Source of the DNA: Marsupella aquatica
Lineage: Eukaryota > Plantae > Marchantiophyta
Direction of reading: 5' to 3'
Assembly: GCA_973895155.1 (NCBI GenBank)
Contig: OZ316896.1
Location: 10,241,525 to 10,305,524 of the forward strand
DNA: 64,000 nt
Shown here: piece by piece, positions 1 through 12,871 of the stretch
Numbering within the stretch: position 1 is the stretch's first letter
Layout of the letters: every line of letters begins with the position of its first letter
The notes under the pieces: model-generated
The model's input: only the letters and a program-made list of their open reading frames with translations
The model's database searches: none
What the model was told of the DNA's origin: nothing
Position numbers and translations under genes: made by a program

Positions 1-3000
1 CCTCCTTGTCAAAGTGGAATTTGACTATCTGATGTCTGCAGGTTCCCGAAACTTGTCTCGAACCAGTAATAAAGTAGGGAACTAAGCACTTACCAAAAGT
101 GCTTCTCGTAAATAGCGGCAGGCACATGACGCCAGCTCGTGGAACGATAAGACTGCAGTAGAAGCTGATTTTGATTGCTAGAGGAACTCCAGGTGACAGG
201 CCTCAGACCGGAAACACAATACACAGAGCCCTCCACTATATGCTGCATAACGATAATTACATGCAGGTGAGAACTGTGCATAGTTCTCGCTAATACGAAG
301 GCAAAGATGAATCCAGGGTTAGTTGACGCTATCGAGCTTTAAACGTGATCTACCTGTTCATCATTAATTTCCCATATCGAGGTCATTCCCTCTTTCCATT
401 CTCGACCTACTTGTCCGATTTCTCCTTCTCGACGTTGCAGGCCAGTGACACGGACTTTTAGGATGCGTGTAACATTGCGCGAATGTAGCCCGGCATCTTG
501 TAGCGCTTCTTTCAAAGTATCCTCAATAGTTACTTGCCTCGAGGTCTGCGAGTCAAAACATTGATACATTAGAAAATGGAGAAATCTTTCGTATCCAAAC
601 CCGAAGTCTACTCTTTAGAGAGCAGCTCTTAACATCAGCAAGAAACGGCTCTGAGCAATAAGTTCCTTACGATTCGAACGAAAAACACAACCTTACGTCT
701 CGCTTGACCTGATAAATGGCGAAAGACTCTGCGGCCTTGTCAGCATCAAACAAATCATAGCCTTCTTCATCCTTCTCGTCTTGAGATTTGGAAAGGTCGC
801 AAGAATTTTCGAGTTTCAGTAGAGCTTCGTCCGCTACTTTAGCACGCCTGATGGACAGAAAAGTTCCAGTAAGATCTTCTTTCTAGGATTCTAAGGCCAG
901 TGTACAAAATCCATTTACTAAACTTTTGTACTACTCTGAGCATTTATCAGCTGATCTATCAAATAGTACCAACGTGCAGACAAGATGCAAACCTTCGCTC
1001 AAACTGGTTCGAAGCTAGTTCTTCCGCACGAACAGACCGGATAATAGAGGTACCGTCAGCAGATCTGACCAATTCGAGTGAAATAAACGACATTATTTTC
1101 CGCAAAACAAGCAGAAACTGCTCAAACAATGCAGAGCACAAATTAATGAAATCCAGCAGGCACAAAAACTACTACTAGAAGGTCGTGTTGCTTTCCTGAA
1201 CACGATACTCACGTTTCTTTAAATAAAATGGGATACACTCGAGCAACTCCGACATATGTCTTGGGAACAACACCGCCGTCAGGCTTGATGCACCTCAATG
1301 CAAGGGGTGGCATTGGTTCCTTACCTATGGGGATGTAAGGTAGCATAATTAGTTTTACAGTATCATGTAGAGTCAACATAGTAGATAGCATGAAGTTTGC
1401 TGACAGTGTCTCGACTACCTTTACATAAAATATATATCTATGGAAACGGCGATTAGAGTCCTAATATGCCAGAAGAAGTGGGAAGCAAGCCTGCTTACAG
1501 AATCCCAAGCGGTGATTCTTGCGAGCCCTGCGGGTCCCATTCACGTGCAGCGTCAAGAACGAATCTCGAAAAGCCTGCACCACAAGCATAAGGTATTAAT
1601 AGTATTGGGCGTTTGACAATCACAGAGAGTGCCTGGCACCTATGCCACTTTCCGAAATCAGATGGATAGCGTAAAATTTGTGCTTAGCGCTAGAAAGATA
1701 AAGCTCGTTGCAGTCTTGAGATATCCAATTAGCATGAAGATAAAGTTGAATAACCTCCAAAGGTGATGTTGAATCTGGGCAGCAGCACAAAGTTGCTCCA
1801 CAAACCTGCGAGCAGGTCACACAAAATCAGCTTCAAGCTTAAACAACTAGCGTTGCAATTCTTAGATCTGGAGTTGGTTCCCACATCCCACCTGAATTTT
1901 TTGGCCGACGTTCAGTTTCCCCTTTCTCAGATATTTCGTCAATGGAGCATCCAACACAGAGTTCAACCGGTACCTGTAAAACGTTGAAAAAATTTACATT
2001 CCTCTCATGAAAAGTTCCAAGAAAGAAAAGACGACAGGAAGATATAATAAGTAAACCAGTCGCTACAAGTTCCTCTTCCATGCATTCAAATTCGAAAAGC
2101 GTTAGGACTGGCTTTTACCATCCATCTGTCAATTCTATTTTGGCAGTATCGCCCGACGATGATGAGTTTCCAGTGTGCTCCTTGATGGCTCCATTTTCAT
2201 CACCATCGTGGCGTATCGCTGAGATCAATAGGACCATTGCCCGTGAAGCTGAAGAATCGCCTTCCGTTATTCTTCGAATTGCAGATCGACGGCCCGACAA
2301 CTCTGTATCATATCTGCAAAGTTAAGAAGCAACACAACGATGATGAAGACAAGTAAACAAACCATGAATCAGAAAATTGCTGACTTCTGAGGTACCTGAG
2401 AACAACATGTCGAATAGAATCACCTGAACTTAAGCTCGTCAAGAACAGTATCCAACGCGAGACGCTTTCGAGCAGTTTGCTGTGGGTGCTTACGTTCCGA
2501 AGATGCCAGTTTCCAGGTAATCCACTTGTAGTGGTTAGCAACCCATCTGCGACGTCGTCAGTTGAGCCAGGTCAGCTGACAGACAAGAATGAAGTAATTG
2601 AATTCAACTCGAAAAGAATTAAATTGCGTTAAATTATCAGTCCCATGACAGCCCAACGAAGGGCAATGCATAGAGTGCATGCAGGCAAGAAATTGTGCCA
2701 CTAATAAACACAGAACAAAAAATAAAGGAAAGATACAAAGCTGTACGACGAGGAGCTAGACACAGAATACTTACTTTTCGCTTGAATACAGAGGGTCAGC
2801 TCCGAGATCTAACAAAAGCTTCCAAAATTCCGTGCTACCAACACTTTCCAGTCTCCCATCTTCCGTGACATGGTGGATTCGGTAGCTAGAAGCTGCATCT
2901 GATGTCATTGGTTTTACATTGGGGGATAGAGACAAATCCTGGAATATCAGGTGACAAAGAAGGCAAATCCAATAGATTAAACTTTTCAGAGTTCCAAGTG

Positions 3001-5750
3001 CAATGATCAACAATCCACCTAGGATGTAACTATTGCTCTGCTGAAGCCTTGCCCGTAGAAAGACAAGTGACGACTCTCGGATTGCTCCATTGCTTTACGG
3101 GGCCAAACAACGTTCTGTGCAAAGCGCACCTCATTGGCTGGAGTTCCCTCGATGTACTCTCGCAGCCTCATCCATCCACTCCTGCCATCCTTAAGGTACG
3201 CGGGCCTTAGTGGTTGCAATTGTTGGTGGGCATTGACGACAGTGACCGAATTACCACAAGAGTTAGCACCAAATATCGAGGTTGATCTGTTGCTTTGGAA
3301 TGTGCCGGTATCATCTGACTTCGTCCTGTCATGTGTGGTACGATCATCTATCAGTTATGCTGCTGGTCTACACGAAGATATACACACAATAGAATGACAG
3401 GACTGGATTCAACTGCCACTCTCTTTGTTCGCAATTTACTGATGATTCAAAAAACACAACTCCATGAAAAAACTCGATGGAATCCGAACGGAGCGGCTAG
3501 AAGCGGAGACCGTCACCCTTTCAAAATCAATACATCCCAACAAACAATGGATAACGACGGCGCTCACCGGATTCTTGGTGGCTTGAAAGCAAGTACATTT
3601 TTCCAGTGGCGTTCTCCTCCGGCAGCGGAAGGTAGTTTAGCACTAAAAAAGCCGGCGGCGTCGGGTTTGCGGTGGTTGAGCTTAGGTGAGGCCTCATTAG
3701 TAACTACACTAGGTTGTCCAATTTTGGAGTCCGATAGGTGGTCTTTAATTTCTAATTCTCTATCATGAGAAGTACCGATTGCAGTCTCTTCGAATTCCTC
3801 CCCTAAAAATGCCTTCGCCTTTTCTAAAGCATTGGAAGAAATTGACACAGATTTCCCGCTTCGTGTCACAAAAGAGGTAGTCGCAACCGGCTTCTCAGGG
3901 CCTTGAGCCGGAGCTGTCTCTTCGAAATCTTCCCCCAAAACTGCTCTCGCCTTTTCCAAGGCCTTCGAAGAGATTGACACAGATTTCCCGCTTCCTGTCA
4001 CAAAAGAGGTAATCGCAACCGGCTCCTCAGGGCCTTTAGCCGGAGCTCTCTCTTCGAAACCTTCCCCCAAAACTGCTCTCGCCTTTTCCAAAGCCTTCGA
4101 AGAGATTGACACAGATTTCCCGCTTCCTGTCACAAAATTGGTAATCGCAACCGGATCGTGAAGACCTTTAACCGGAGCCGCCTCTTCGAAATCTTCCCCC
4201 AAAACTGCCCTCGCCTTTTCCAAAGCCTCGGAAGAATTTGACACAGATTTCCCGCTTCGTGTCTCAAACGAGGTAATCGCAACCGGATCGTCAAGACCTT
4301 TACCAGAAGTTGTCTCTTCAAAATCTTCCCCCGTAAATGCTCTCGCCTTTTCCAAAGCCTTCGAATAAATTAATACAGATTTTCCGCTGCCTGTCACAAA
4401 CGAGGTAACAGCGACTGAACCATCAAGCGCGTTAACCGGAGCATTCTCTTCGGCTTCTTTCCACGAAAATGCCCTCACTACTTTGCCCAAAGCATTGGAA
4501 GATATTGATACAGATTTTCCGCTTTCTGTAACTAAAGACGCAATCGCTAGCGGATTTTGAAAAGCTCCAACCGGAGGTAGAAGAGCTCTAGCCCTTGAGA
4601 AGGCCTCGCTTGAAATGGCGAACTTGCGGATTGACGGTGTCCGAGAGGTACGGTCGGGATTGGGCCGTTTGGTGGGGGTAGCAAGATTCCCCGAGTGACA
4701 ATCAATTGATTTACAGAGAGAAGCTGTTGTTGCTGTACCATCAGCTAATAGAGCCTTCGCTTTCTCCATAGCCTCTCTCGAGATAGCAAAAGTCCGTCCG
4801 GATCCAGTCTGGAATGTGAGAATTCCATTAGGATCAAGTGTGTTTTGCTCTGCTGCCTGAGAAGTAATAGTCCTACGCAACTTGGAGGGACGATGAGAGG
4901 GGTCCTTGCTAGCTCCAGTCTGTTTAGGTAATTCTGGTAGTACTAGGTCTTCAAAATTTGTCGATGGAAGCGATTTAGGTAATTCTGGTAGTACTAGCTC
5001 TTCAAAATTTGTCGATGGAAGCGATGTTCGTGACAACTTGTAAGGGTTAGCCCCACAAGACTCTTCCGGTGAATCAGGTACTACCAATTCTTCAAACTTT
5101 CGCGATGGTAACACAGGCGGTGGTCTCCTAAATTTACAGGAGCCGCGCCGAGAGGAGTGTTTTGCTCCGGAACAGACTTCTTCTGGGGAGTCTGGTACGA
5201 TCAATTTTTCAAATTTTCGCGACGCAGGCGAGACTTCTTCTGGTGAATCTGGTACAAACAATTCTTCCCATTTTCGCGATGCAGGCGGTGTCGATGGTAA
5301 TTCAGTTCCATCTGTGCTCTCTCCGAGTGCAGAACCTGACATACAGACGACTTTGCGAATGAAAAACAAATTGAGCCACTGCCTGACATCTGTTTCCCAA
5401 TATCGTACAATCCTATGGTAAATGCATTATTGAGGATAATGGTCCTGGTCAAAAGCTGAACGGTCATTCAATTAGACACCATTCCATCATCGAAGAGTTA
5501 GACCAAGGCCACCTCGTTCCATCACTTAGAAAAGTCAAAATACCATAGAATTCTTACCTGGCAAAATGTCCCCCTCTGTGGCAAGTTGTGGTTGCTGCCA
5601 GCCTTCAGGCTCAAGCAGACGCGCAAGATGTAGACGTGACTGTGAATCGTGGCTGGCCCTCCGTGCACGTATGCGTCTCACTGACCATCTATGTATCTGT
5701 CGTTCCGACTCGCCACTCTTTCCCATACTTGATCGATCGCTTGCAGACAT
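1..5750 (-). CDS. BRCA2: BRCA2 homolog, multi-exon, 3' end runs off the left edge; integrity uncertain
   Basis: The large exon (about 3568-5335) carries BRC repeats (FQTGSGRTFAISREAMEKAKALL; FVTGSGKSVSISSKALEKARAVL) and FKPPR. Downstream exons read WVANHYKWITWKLAS (about 2500-2546, helical domain), RRSAIRRITEGD...IELTDGW (2115-2300, OB1), GGVVPKTYVGVARVYPILFKE (1210-1290), RSVRAEELASNQFERR, RNVTRILKVRVTGL and EGSVYCVSGLRP. A GT-AG intron at 5557-5336 joins the 5558-5750 exon in frame. The start codon is uncertain, and there is a possible in-frame TAA at 3355-3357. Confidence 0.9.
3785..4530 (-). repeat. Tandem 132-bp (44-aa) BRC-repeat array within BRCA2
   Basis: gccttcgaagagattgacacagatttcccgcttcctgtcaca recurs at 3961 and 4093 (period 132). 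There are five near-identical units plus one diverged unit, and two more BRC-like units lie at about 4580-4820. Confidence 0.92.
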
Positions 5751-8449
5751 CGATGATATGTCAAGTCAACCTCTGTTCATTCAACCTGTGCACAGGTAAA
5801 CTGCACTAAATACTTGTAATTCAAGAATTGCTCAATTACCGGCCGCGCGGCTCTCCTATTCTGATGGAAGAGAAATGACAAATGGAGATCAAGGATGTAA
5901 AATGCTTGGTGGAGTTGAGACAGATATGGACAGTTCAAAAGTTCTCATAGCTACATTCAGTAAATAAACAGCCTGACGACATGAAGGAACACACCTGTTG
6001 AAAGTAAATGGACAAAATATAGGACATGATAAATTATAAACTCTACAGGATAGAAACCTACAAAGCTTGAAGAAAAACCTTACCAGGAGGAAGACTAAAC
6101 AAAATAGATAGACCAAATCGGAATGGCACGAGAGAGCGACACGCAGGAGAAGGCCATTCACCAAGGACCAGAGTGACGCGAAGTGTATTATCTCACTTAC
6201 AAAAGCGCTGTCTGTCCGTCCGCAGGAACAAATTCGTACGAGACAGAGGAAGAAACCGGGAGGGATTCTTCTCAATTTTTGTCAGTTGCTATGATAACCG
6301 AGAGTCCCGATTGCCGCAGAGATATTCAAATGAGCTGCAGAGCCACCGTTGCAAAAATTTTAGTACATCAAATTCAAAGATCACTGAATGCGCAGACAGA
6401 GTGTTTGTAAACAAAGCTAAGATATCTAGGCTGAGTTTTGACAAAATGCTTAAACCTAATGCATAGCGAGGGAAACCGAGACAGAGTGTAAGTAGTAAGT
6501 ACATCGAGCTTAGATTACTTTGCGGGACGGAGCTTGTAAAACATGCTTCGACATGGTGACCAACCACTTGAACGAGACACATTATGTCAATCATTAATAG
6601 AGCTCAGATTGCTGCGCGGCAAATTGCTGCAAATAAATGCTTCAACCTACCATCGTACTTGCAACGCAGACACGAATCAAACGAGCGCTTCAAAGACAGA
6701 ATGGGTGAGAGGAGAGAAGCTGACAAAGAGAGGTGACGAGAGTGCATCAACACAACAACGAGTGAAACTGTTGGCTAAGTTCAGTTTGCAAGGGGATGGC
6801 GTGGAGCTGAACTGAGAGGTCCATTGCTCAATCCCGTGAATTGGAACCCGTCCCTCGAGTGATGAACATTTGGCTTTCCTCGAATCGAGGGAAGAGCAAG
6901 AATGGCGGGAGACAAGCTCAAGGTGTTTTTTTGAATTGAAGCCAAAATGGAGATTAGTAAAAAAAATAAAGTAACAAAATATGGCCCATGGTATTGGTAC
7001 CATACCATTTCTTAAATTTCACTTTTGGGTTTAATGATGTTCCATGGACCACAACCTTGATCTTTGAAAACCCAATGGATCACATTTCCCAAAATTTGAC
7101 ATGGATAGCATTTTCCAAAACTTGACTTTAATTGTAATTTTGATGTTAGTAGTTGAAATATTTTTTAGTTCCGAGTATGTGTTAATCTTAGGTGATTACA
7201 CTTCTATGAAAATGACAGTGAAGTTTTGACCATTTTGGTTGACTTATTCATCATGAAGTGCATAGGGGTAAATTCTATTGGATCATTTTTCATTGTGTTA
7301 ACATGAAGTATTTGGGCTTTTGCTTTCTGAAAGTCTCCTCCTTCTCTAGTTGCCTTGCAAATTGCAAAAGTAAAAAAATGTTAAGGACTCATAATAATCA
7401 AGTTATAAGCACAAAATTCCCATGGACCACCATAATATGATACACGGGAGCACTCTGGCCAACATGGTGATCCATCAGTGTTTCACTTTGTTCTAACTTG
7501 TTTCACTTGTTCTGGCATTCCCACAACTATGCTAGAAAATGCTACACTTGCCCAAAAGAGCTGACCTGAGAATAGTAAATCTCCTGGGTTATTCCAGCCT
7601 CTCACGCACCGCATGTCTTGTAATGAGAAATCCCACCGCATTTCTTGTAAATGAGAAACCCCATGGATGGACCATGACACCTTTTATACTTCAGTCTTTG
7701 ACATCCTTTGGTTTCCAAAACATACCAAAACATTTTCAACAGCAAAGTTTGACAATAGATTGCGTTTTATCCGATCCGAAACGTAGCGAAGAATTAAGGT
7801 GGTTGATTGTAAATGATTTCCATCTCTGTCATAAGTGCTAGCTTCAATGTACACCAAGGAGGTTCCCTCCCGCCCTAAGTTAAAAGGGCACACGAGTTTT
7901 GCACAACACGTGGCACTAATATATATGTTCGTCACAATCTTGCGAAGAAACTACAGTACGTGATCGACCTCAGAGCTCCACATAGTCGAGCTTTGTTCCA
8001 TGGCGTGTTCATCTCGATCCCGAGCCAGTACTGTCGATGTCGAGACAAATTCTGATCATATGGCCAATTCCAAGAGGGCCCAAAAGGATTACACATTATT
8101 TGGCCAAAACGAAGGGAAGGTACAAGGATTTTCTTGGCGACCAACACATTTCGATCGAGCTGGATGTGCAGTTAAGAAGCAGCCGCCCGTACTAGGGTGA
8201 TTCTCCACAATCCAGTGCAATCTTAGTAGACTGCAAGAAGTGCAACAGCTAAAGTGCAGGTGACTGTGAGCACTATGGGAGAAGCAACTTTACGATGGCT
8301 TCTCTTTACCCTTGGCTCCAATTGGCAAAACAAATGAATGCTTGCTTATGGTGAGTGCTTACACAAATAAATCAATGGATGAGATTATTAACTGAGTGAG
8401 AAAAAATACAATTGTCCTAGAGTCGTCAGACATGGACCCGCCTAAAGAG

Positions 8450-8885
8450 GTTCTATCTCTTCTAAGTCCCCAAACAGTTCCATGTTGTCATCCTTAGAAT
8501 TGCTACACTTTGCATTTGATGTTGCTGTTGGTGACAAATGTGGCGCGCCCGCGTTCAAAATGTTCATCCTCACGTTGTGTCGTTGGCAACTGCGACTGCA
8601 TGGTAAAATCGTTGAACACCTGCGCGGTGAAGCCTTTGGAACACCGCTCAGGTTCGATGCAGACCTTTGTATTTGCCAATAAACATCAGCAGGCCTTGGA
8701 TACTGAAGTCTAGAACATAGACACTATATATGCCAGCTTTGTGTTCATTCAACCTGTGCGCAACGCGCAGCATCTCTATTTCTTTTGCTCGTGTACTAGC
8801 CTTGTCTGGATGGAGTTCTGGGAGCGCATCCTCACTATCCCCATCGTGTGAACCTGAGACATCGGGGAGTGGCCTGCTCACCTTT
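8450..8885 (-). pseudogene. Decayed bHLH copy (paralog of 52906-53517)
   Basis: PDVSGSHDGDSEDALPE...ASTRAKEIEMLRVAHRLNE matches PDAAGSHDGESKDGLPE...AEAHRIAE; the C-terminal MELFGDLEEIEPL-like end lies at about 8450-8482; frameshifted. Confidence 0.75.
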
Positions 8886-8902
8886 CATTTTCCGTATAAT
8901 TG

Positions 8903-9265
8903 CTAATTTTTACCAGTGGCCCCATGCCCCCGGCCAGCTAGTACGCTTGCTAAGTTTAACAGCAGCCACATCGGGCCCCGAACCCCCGTCAGCGTAGTAC
9001 TCTTGCAAATGTTAGAAGCGGGTCCATGCCCCGTGCATGAGACTAATACTCTTGCTAATATTAACACCAGCCAGGAACCCTCCATAGCCCCAACTTATAG
9101 GCTATGGAGTTGGTCTGATGCGCGGCGACGACCGGTGCGAGGACAGGTTTGGAAAGTGGGAACAACAAAGCTGCGCGCAACACCAACGAAGCTGTTCTAG
9201 TGAGCAGACAGATTTGAAAACGTACTGGGAACAACAAAGCTGCAACACCAACGAATCTATTCTCG
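8903..9265. repeat. Short-repeat spacer (ctagtactcttgctaatttt-like units and a ~60-bp cagatttggaaa...aacaacaaagctgcaacaccaacgaa unit)
   Basis: The units recur locally and again at 24430-24805, 54125-54265 and 57465-57750, each time beside bHLH copies. Confidence 0.65.
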
Positions 9266-9326
9266 AGACAGTTGCGTACGGCAGGAAGGGTCCTCCTGCT
9301 TCGAAGGGCAAACGGAAAATTGCAAG

Positions 9327-9748
9327 ATGAGCAGGTGTTCGATGCCCCAGGTTCACACGATGTGGACCGTAAGGATGAGCTTCCAGAACCCGTTCCAGAA
9401 TAGCCCAGGCGGAGCAAAAGAAGAAGGCCTGCTGGTGCCCACAGGTTGCATGAGTGGCTTCAACGAGAGCGTATCAACCGGAGTATGCACAATTTTAATT
9501 TGGAGTAGTTCGCATGTACACATCACAAGGCTGGTATGATGTCTATGTTGGACTCAAGTATCCGAAGCCTGCAGCTGAAGTTCATTGGCAAACACGAAGG
9601 GCTCATGCCTGATCGAAAGGCGGTGCCACGCCTACAGCTGCCAACTACACGACGTCAGCAACAGCACCATGAAATGGTAGGGGCTAAAAATTCTAAAGAC
9701 GAAATCATGGAATTGTTTGGTGGCTTAGAAGATATACAACCTCTTTAG
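9327..9748 (+). pseudogene. Decayed bHLH copy, inverted relative to 8450-8885
   Basis: It ends ...SMLDSSIRSLQLKF...DEIMELFGGLEDIQPL*, matching SVLNSCIEGLQML...ETMELFGGLEDIELL of the intact copy; frameshifted. Confidence 0.75.
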
Positions 9749-10099
9749 TCAGGGTAGGACCATGTACGTAGGGTCATTGAGTTTTTCTCACTCGGTTAAC
9801 ATCTCAACTACAGATTTATAGCAGTCACCATGAGCATGCTTTTCCACCTGGAGCCACATACAGTGCCAACATTCACCTGCGGTTTGGTTATTGCACTGCT
9901 TGCGGTCAACTGCGATTGCGCTGGATTGTGGATGATCGAGTGAGGCTAATTGTCAACTGCATCCACCTCAACATTGAGTTCCCTCGTGCTGCTGGCTGAA
10001 ATTTAGAAAATCACACTATGCTCATAAATGAACAATAGCACCGGAGGGTTGATCGGGTCGGGCTCGGTAGATATAGTGCTTGTATTAATTATTGAGCAC

Positions 10100-12871
10100 C
10101 TTGGACGTCAAGGAGCGAGTCTACTGCCTGCATTGAACACCCCACACGATTTCAGGCCAACGAGGATGGCACCAGAGATTTCGGGCACTGCCTAAAAATT
10201 GTAAGTGAAATAAACAGATGTTAGCTAGATCGACTAATTTCGCTTACCCAGGGGGATGAATCGGCCCTCAAACAAAAAGAACTGCAATGAATTCGGAGAT
10301 GCTTGACGCGATGGGATGCGAAGTTCGAGGAGAACCTAAAACAAATAGCGCGACCGAGATGTCAGTCCACCCGGAAATTAAGAAGTTCAGCTAGAGGTGT
10401 GGCCTCCTTGTCGATCAAAGAGGGATTTGAGTATCCGATGTCTGCAGGTTCCCGAAACATTTCTGGAACTAATAACAAAGTAGAGACTAAACACGTACTT
10501 ACATACCAAAAGTACACTTCGTATCTAGCCCAGGCACACGACGCCAGGTGGTGGAGCGATAAGACTGCAGTAGAAGCTTAATTTGATTGCTCGACTCGGA
10601 CTCCAGGTAATTAACAGGCTTCAGACCGGAAATCAACATACACAGAGCCCTCCATTTGCTGCATATAGAGACAATTTGATGTAGCTGTGTGAGAACTGTG
10701 CATGGTGCCTGTCAGTAATACGAAGGCAATTAAAAATAACGAATCCAAGGTTGGTTTCAGACTCTATCGAGCTTCGGTACCTTCTTAAGGTGTTCTACTT
10801 GTTTATCATTAATTTTCCATATCGACGTTATTCCTTATTTCTTTTCTCGACCTATCTATCCGTTTTCTTACACTGTAGACTTTCAAGATGCGCGTTACAG
10901 CGTTGCGTGAATGTAGCCCGGCATCCTGTAGCACTTCTTTCACAGCAGCCTCAACAATTACTTGCCTCGAAGTCTGCGAATCATAAAATTGATACTTTAA
11001 AGAATGAGAAACTTTTCCAACCCAAACCTAAAGTCCACTGTTTAGAGAACAGTTCTTAACATCAGCAAGAAACGGCTCTGAGCAGTTATTTCCTTACGTA
11101 CGATCCGAACGACAACCACAACCTTATATACGCGCGCGTCTCTCTTGGCCTGATAAATTTCAGACGACTTCAGTTGCAAGTGCTGGGGTCGATCACTGAT
11201 CGATGTCTGCCATAAGAACGTTAGGCTCGGCGCCTTTTCCACAGCCAAACAAATCATATCCTTCTTCAATCCTTCTCTTCTTGATCGACATTTGGAAGTG
11301 TCGCAACAATTTTGTTGAGTTTCAGTATAGAGCTTCCTCCGCTACTGTAACGTGCCTGATCCACAGAAATGTCCCACAGTACGTGATCTTGATTCAAGGA
11401 TTCTAAGGCCAGAGTTCACAAAATCCACTTAGCAAACTCTTCTAATACTCTGATAAATTTTAAGCTGATCTATCAATTCGTACCAACGTGCAGATCGACA
11501 AGATGCAAACCTTCGCTCAAACTGGTTCGAAGCTAGTTCTTCCGCACGAACGGACCGGACCATAGAGGTACCGTCAGCAGATGTGGCCAATTCAATTGAA
11601 CTGAACGACATTATATTTCGTAAACAAGCAGAAACTGCTCAAAGAGAACAATTACAAACCAATGAGAATTCAGCAGGCGCATCTGAAACTACAACTACGA
11701 TTCATGAAGATTGTGTTGGTTTCCTGAACACGATACGTTTCTTTAAACAAAATGGAATACACTCGAGCAACTTGGTGATATGTCTTGCATTGGAAACAAG
11801 ACCGCCGTCAGGATTGATCCACCTGAATGCAAGGAGTAGAAAGAATGTCGAAAAGCCAAGAACGAATGTCGAAAAGCCTAGAACTAATTTCGAAAAGTCA
11901 AGATAGAACGAGCATAGGTAGAGTAAAGACTGCGGGCACCTACAGAGAGTTTTTGGCAACTATGCAAATTTCCTAAATCAGATACAGAGAGAGTAAAATT
12001 GTGCGTCCCGAATGATACTTACCGCCAGAAAGATAATGATCATCGCAGTCTTCAGATGTCCAATTGGAAGATAATGTTAAAATCTACCTCAATCCACAGG
12101 TGATGCTGAATCTGCGCAGCGACACAACTTAGTTGCTCAACAAACCTGCGAGCAGGACTCACGAAGTCAGCTTCAGGCTTACACAACTAGCGTTGCAATT
12201 CTTAGATATTGAGTTGGTTCGTATATATACGACATGCATCCCACCTGAAGTTCTTGGCCTACGTTGAGTTTCCTGTTGCTCAGATATTTCGTCAAATGAG
12301 CATTCAACACAGCGTCCAACCGGGACGAGTACTAAAGATGCCGTAAAAATGAGATTCCTCTGGATCATGAAAAGGTTCCACGTACGACGGAAGCAATATT
12401 CCAACAACAGACAGTGTAAGAAGTGAGCGAGTTCCTACAACCTCCTCTTCAATTGCATGGAAAATCGAGAAGAGTTAGGGCCGGGCTTTTACCATCATGG
12501 TCACCCCTGTTTGGGCAGCATCGCCCGACGATGAAGTGTTTCCAGCGTAGGTGCTCTACGCTCCTTGGAGCTCCATTTTCATCACCATGCCCCCTTGGCG
12601 TATCTATCCCTCAGATCAATAGGACCATTCGCCGTGAAGCTGAAGAATTGCCTTCTGTCTGAATACTTAGAATCACGGATCGACGGCTAGACAATTCTAT
12701 GTTATATCTGCAGCGTTCAGAAGGAACACAACGACGATGGAGAAGTAAACAAACCATGTATCAGACAAATGCTTCAGGACTTCGGAGGTACTTGCAATTG
12801 AGAACAACACATTGACGAATAGAATCCCTTGTACAGTATCCAATGCCAGACTGAAGCTCGTCAAGAACAGT
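10100..12871 (-). pseudogene. BRCA2: 5'-truncated BRCA2 duplicate (DNA-binding-domain exons and introns only)
   Basis: Colinear with 1-2450: ctccttgtc...gatgtctgcaggttcccgaaac at about 10403, and gatgcaaaccttcgctcaaactggttcgaagctagttcttccgcacgaac at about 11502 versus about 984. Contains indels and stops. Left boundary approximate. Confidence 0.85.

Noticed and set aside
5889-7900. Cluster of 60-130 aa ORFs upstream of BRCA2
   Set aside because: No recognisable motifs, overlapping frames on both strands, and parts recur as non-coding duplicated sequence (e.g. about 6910 versus 50760).
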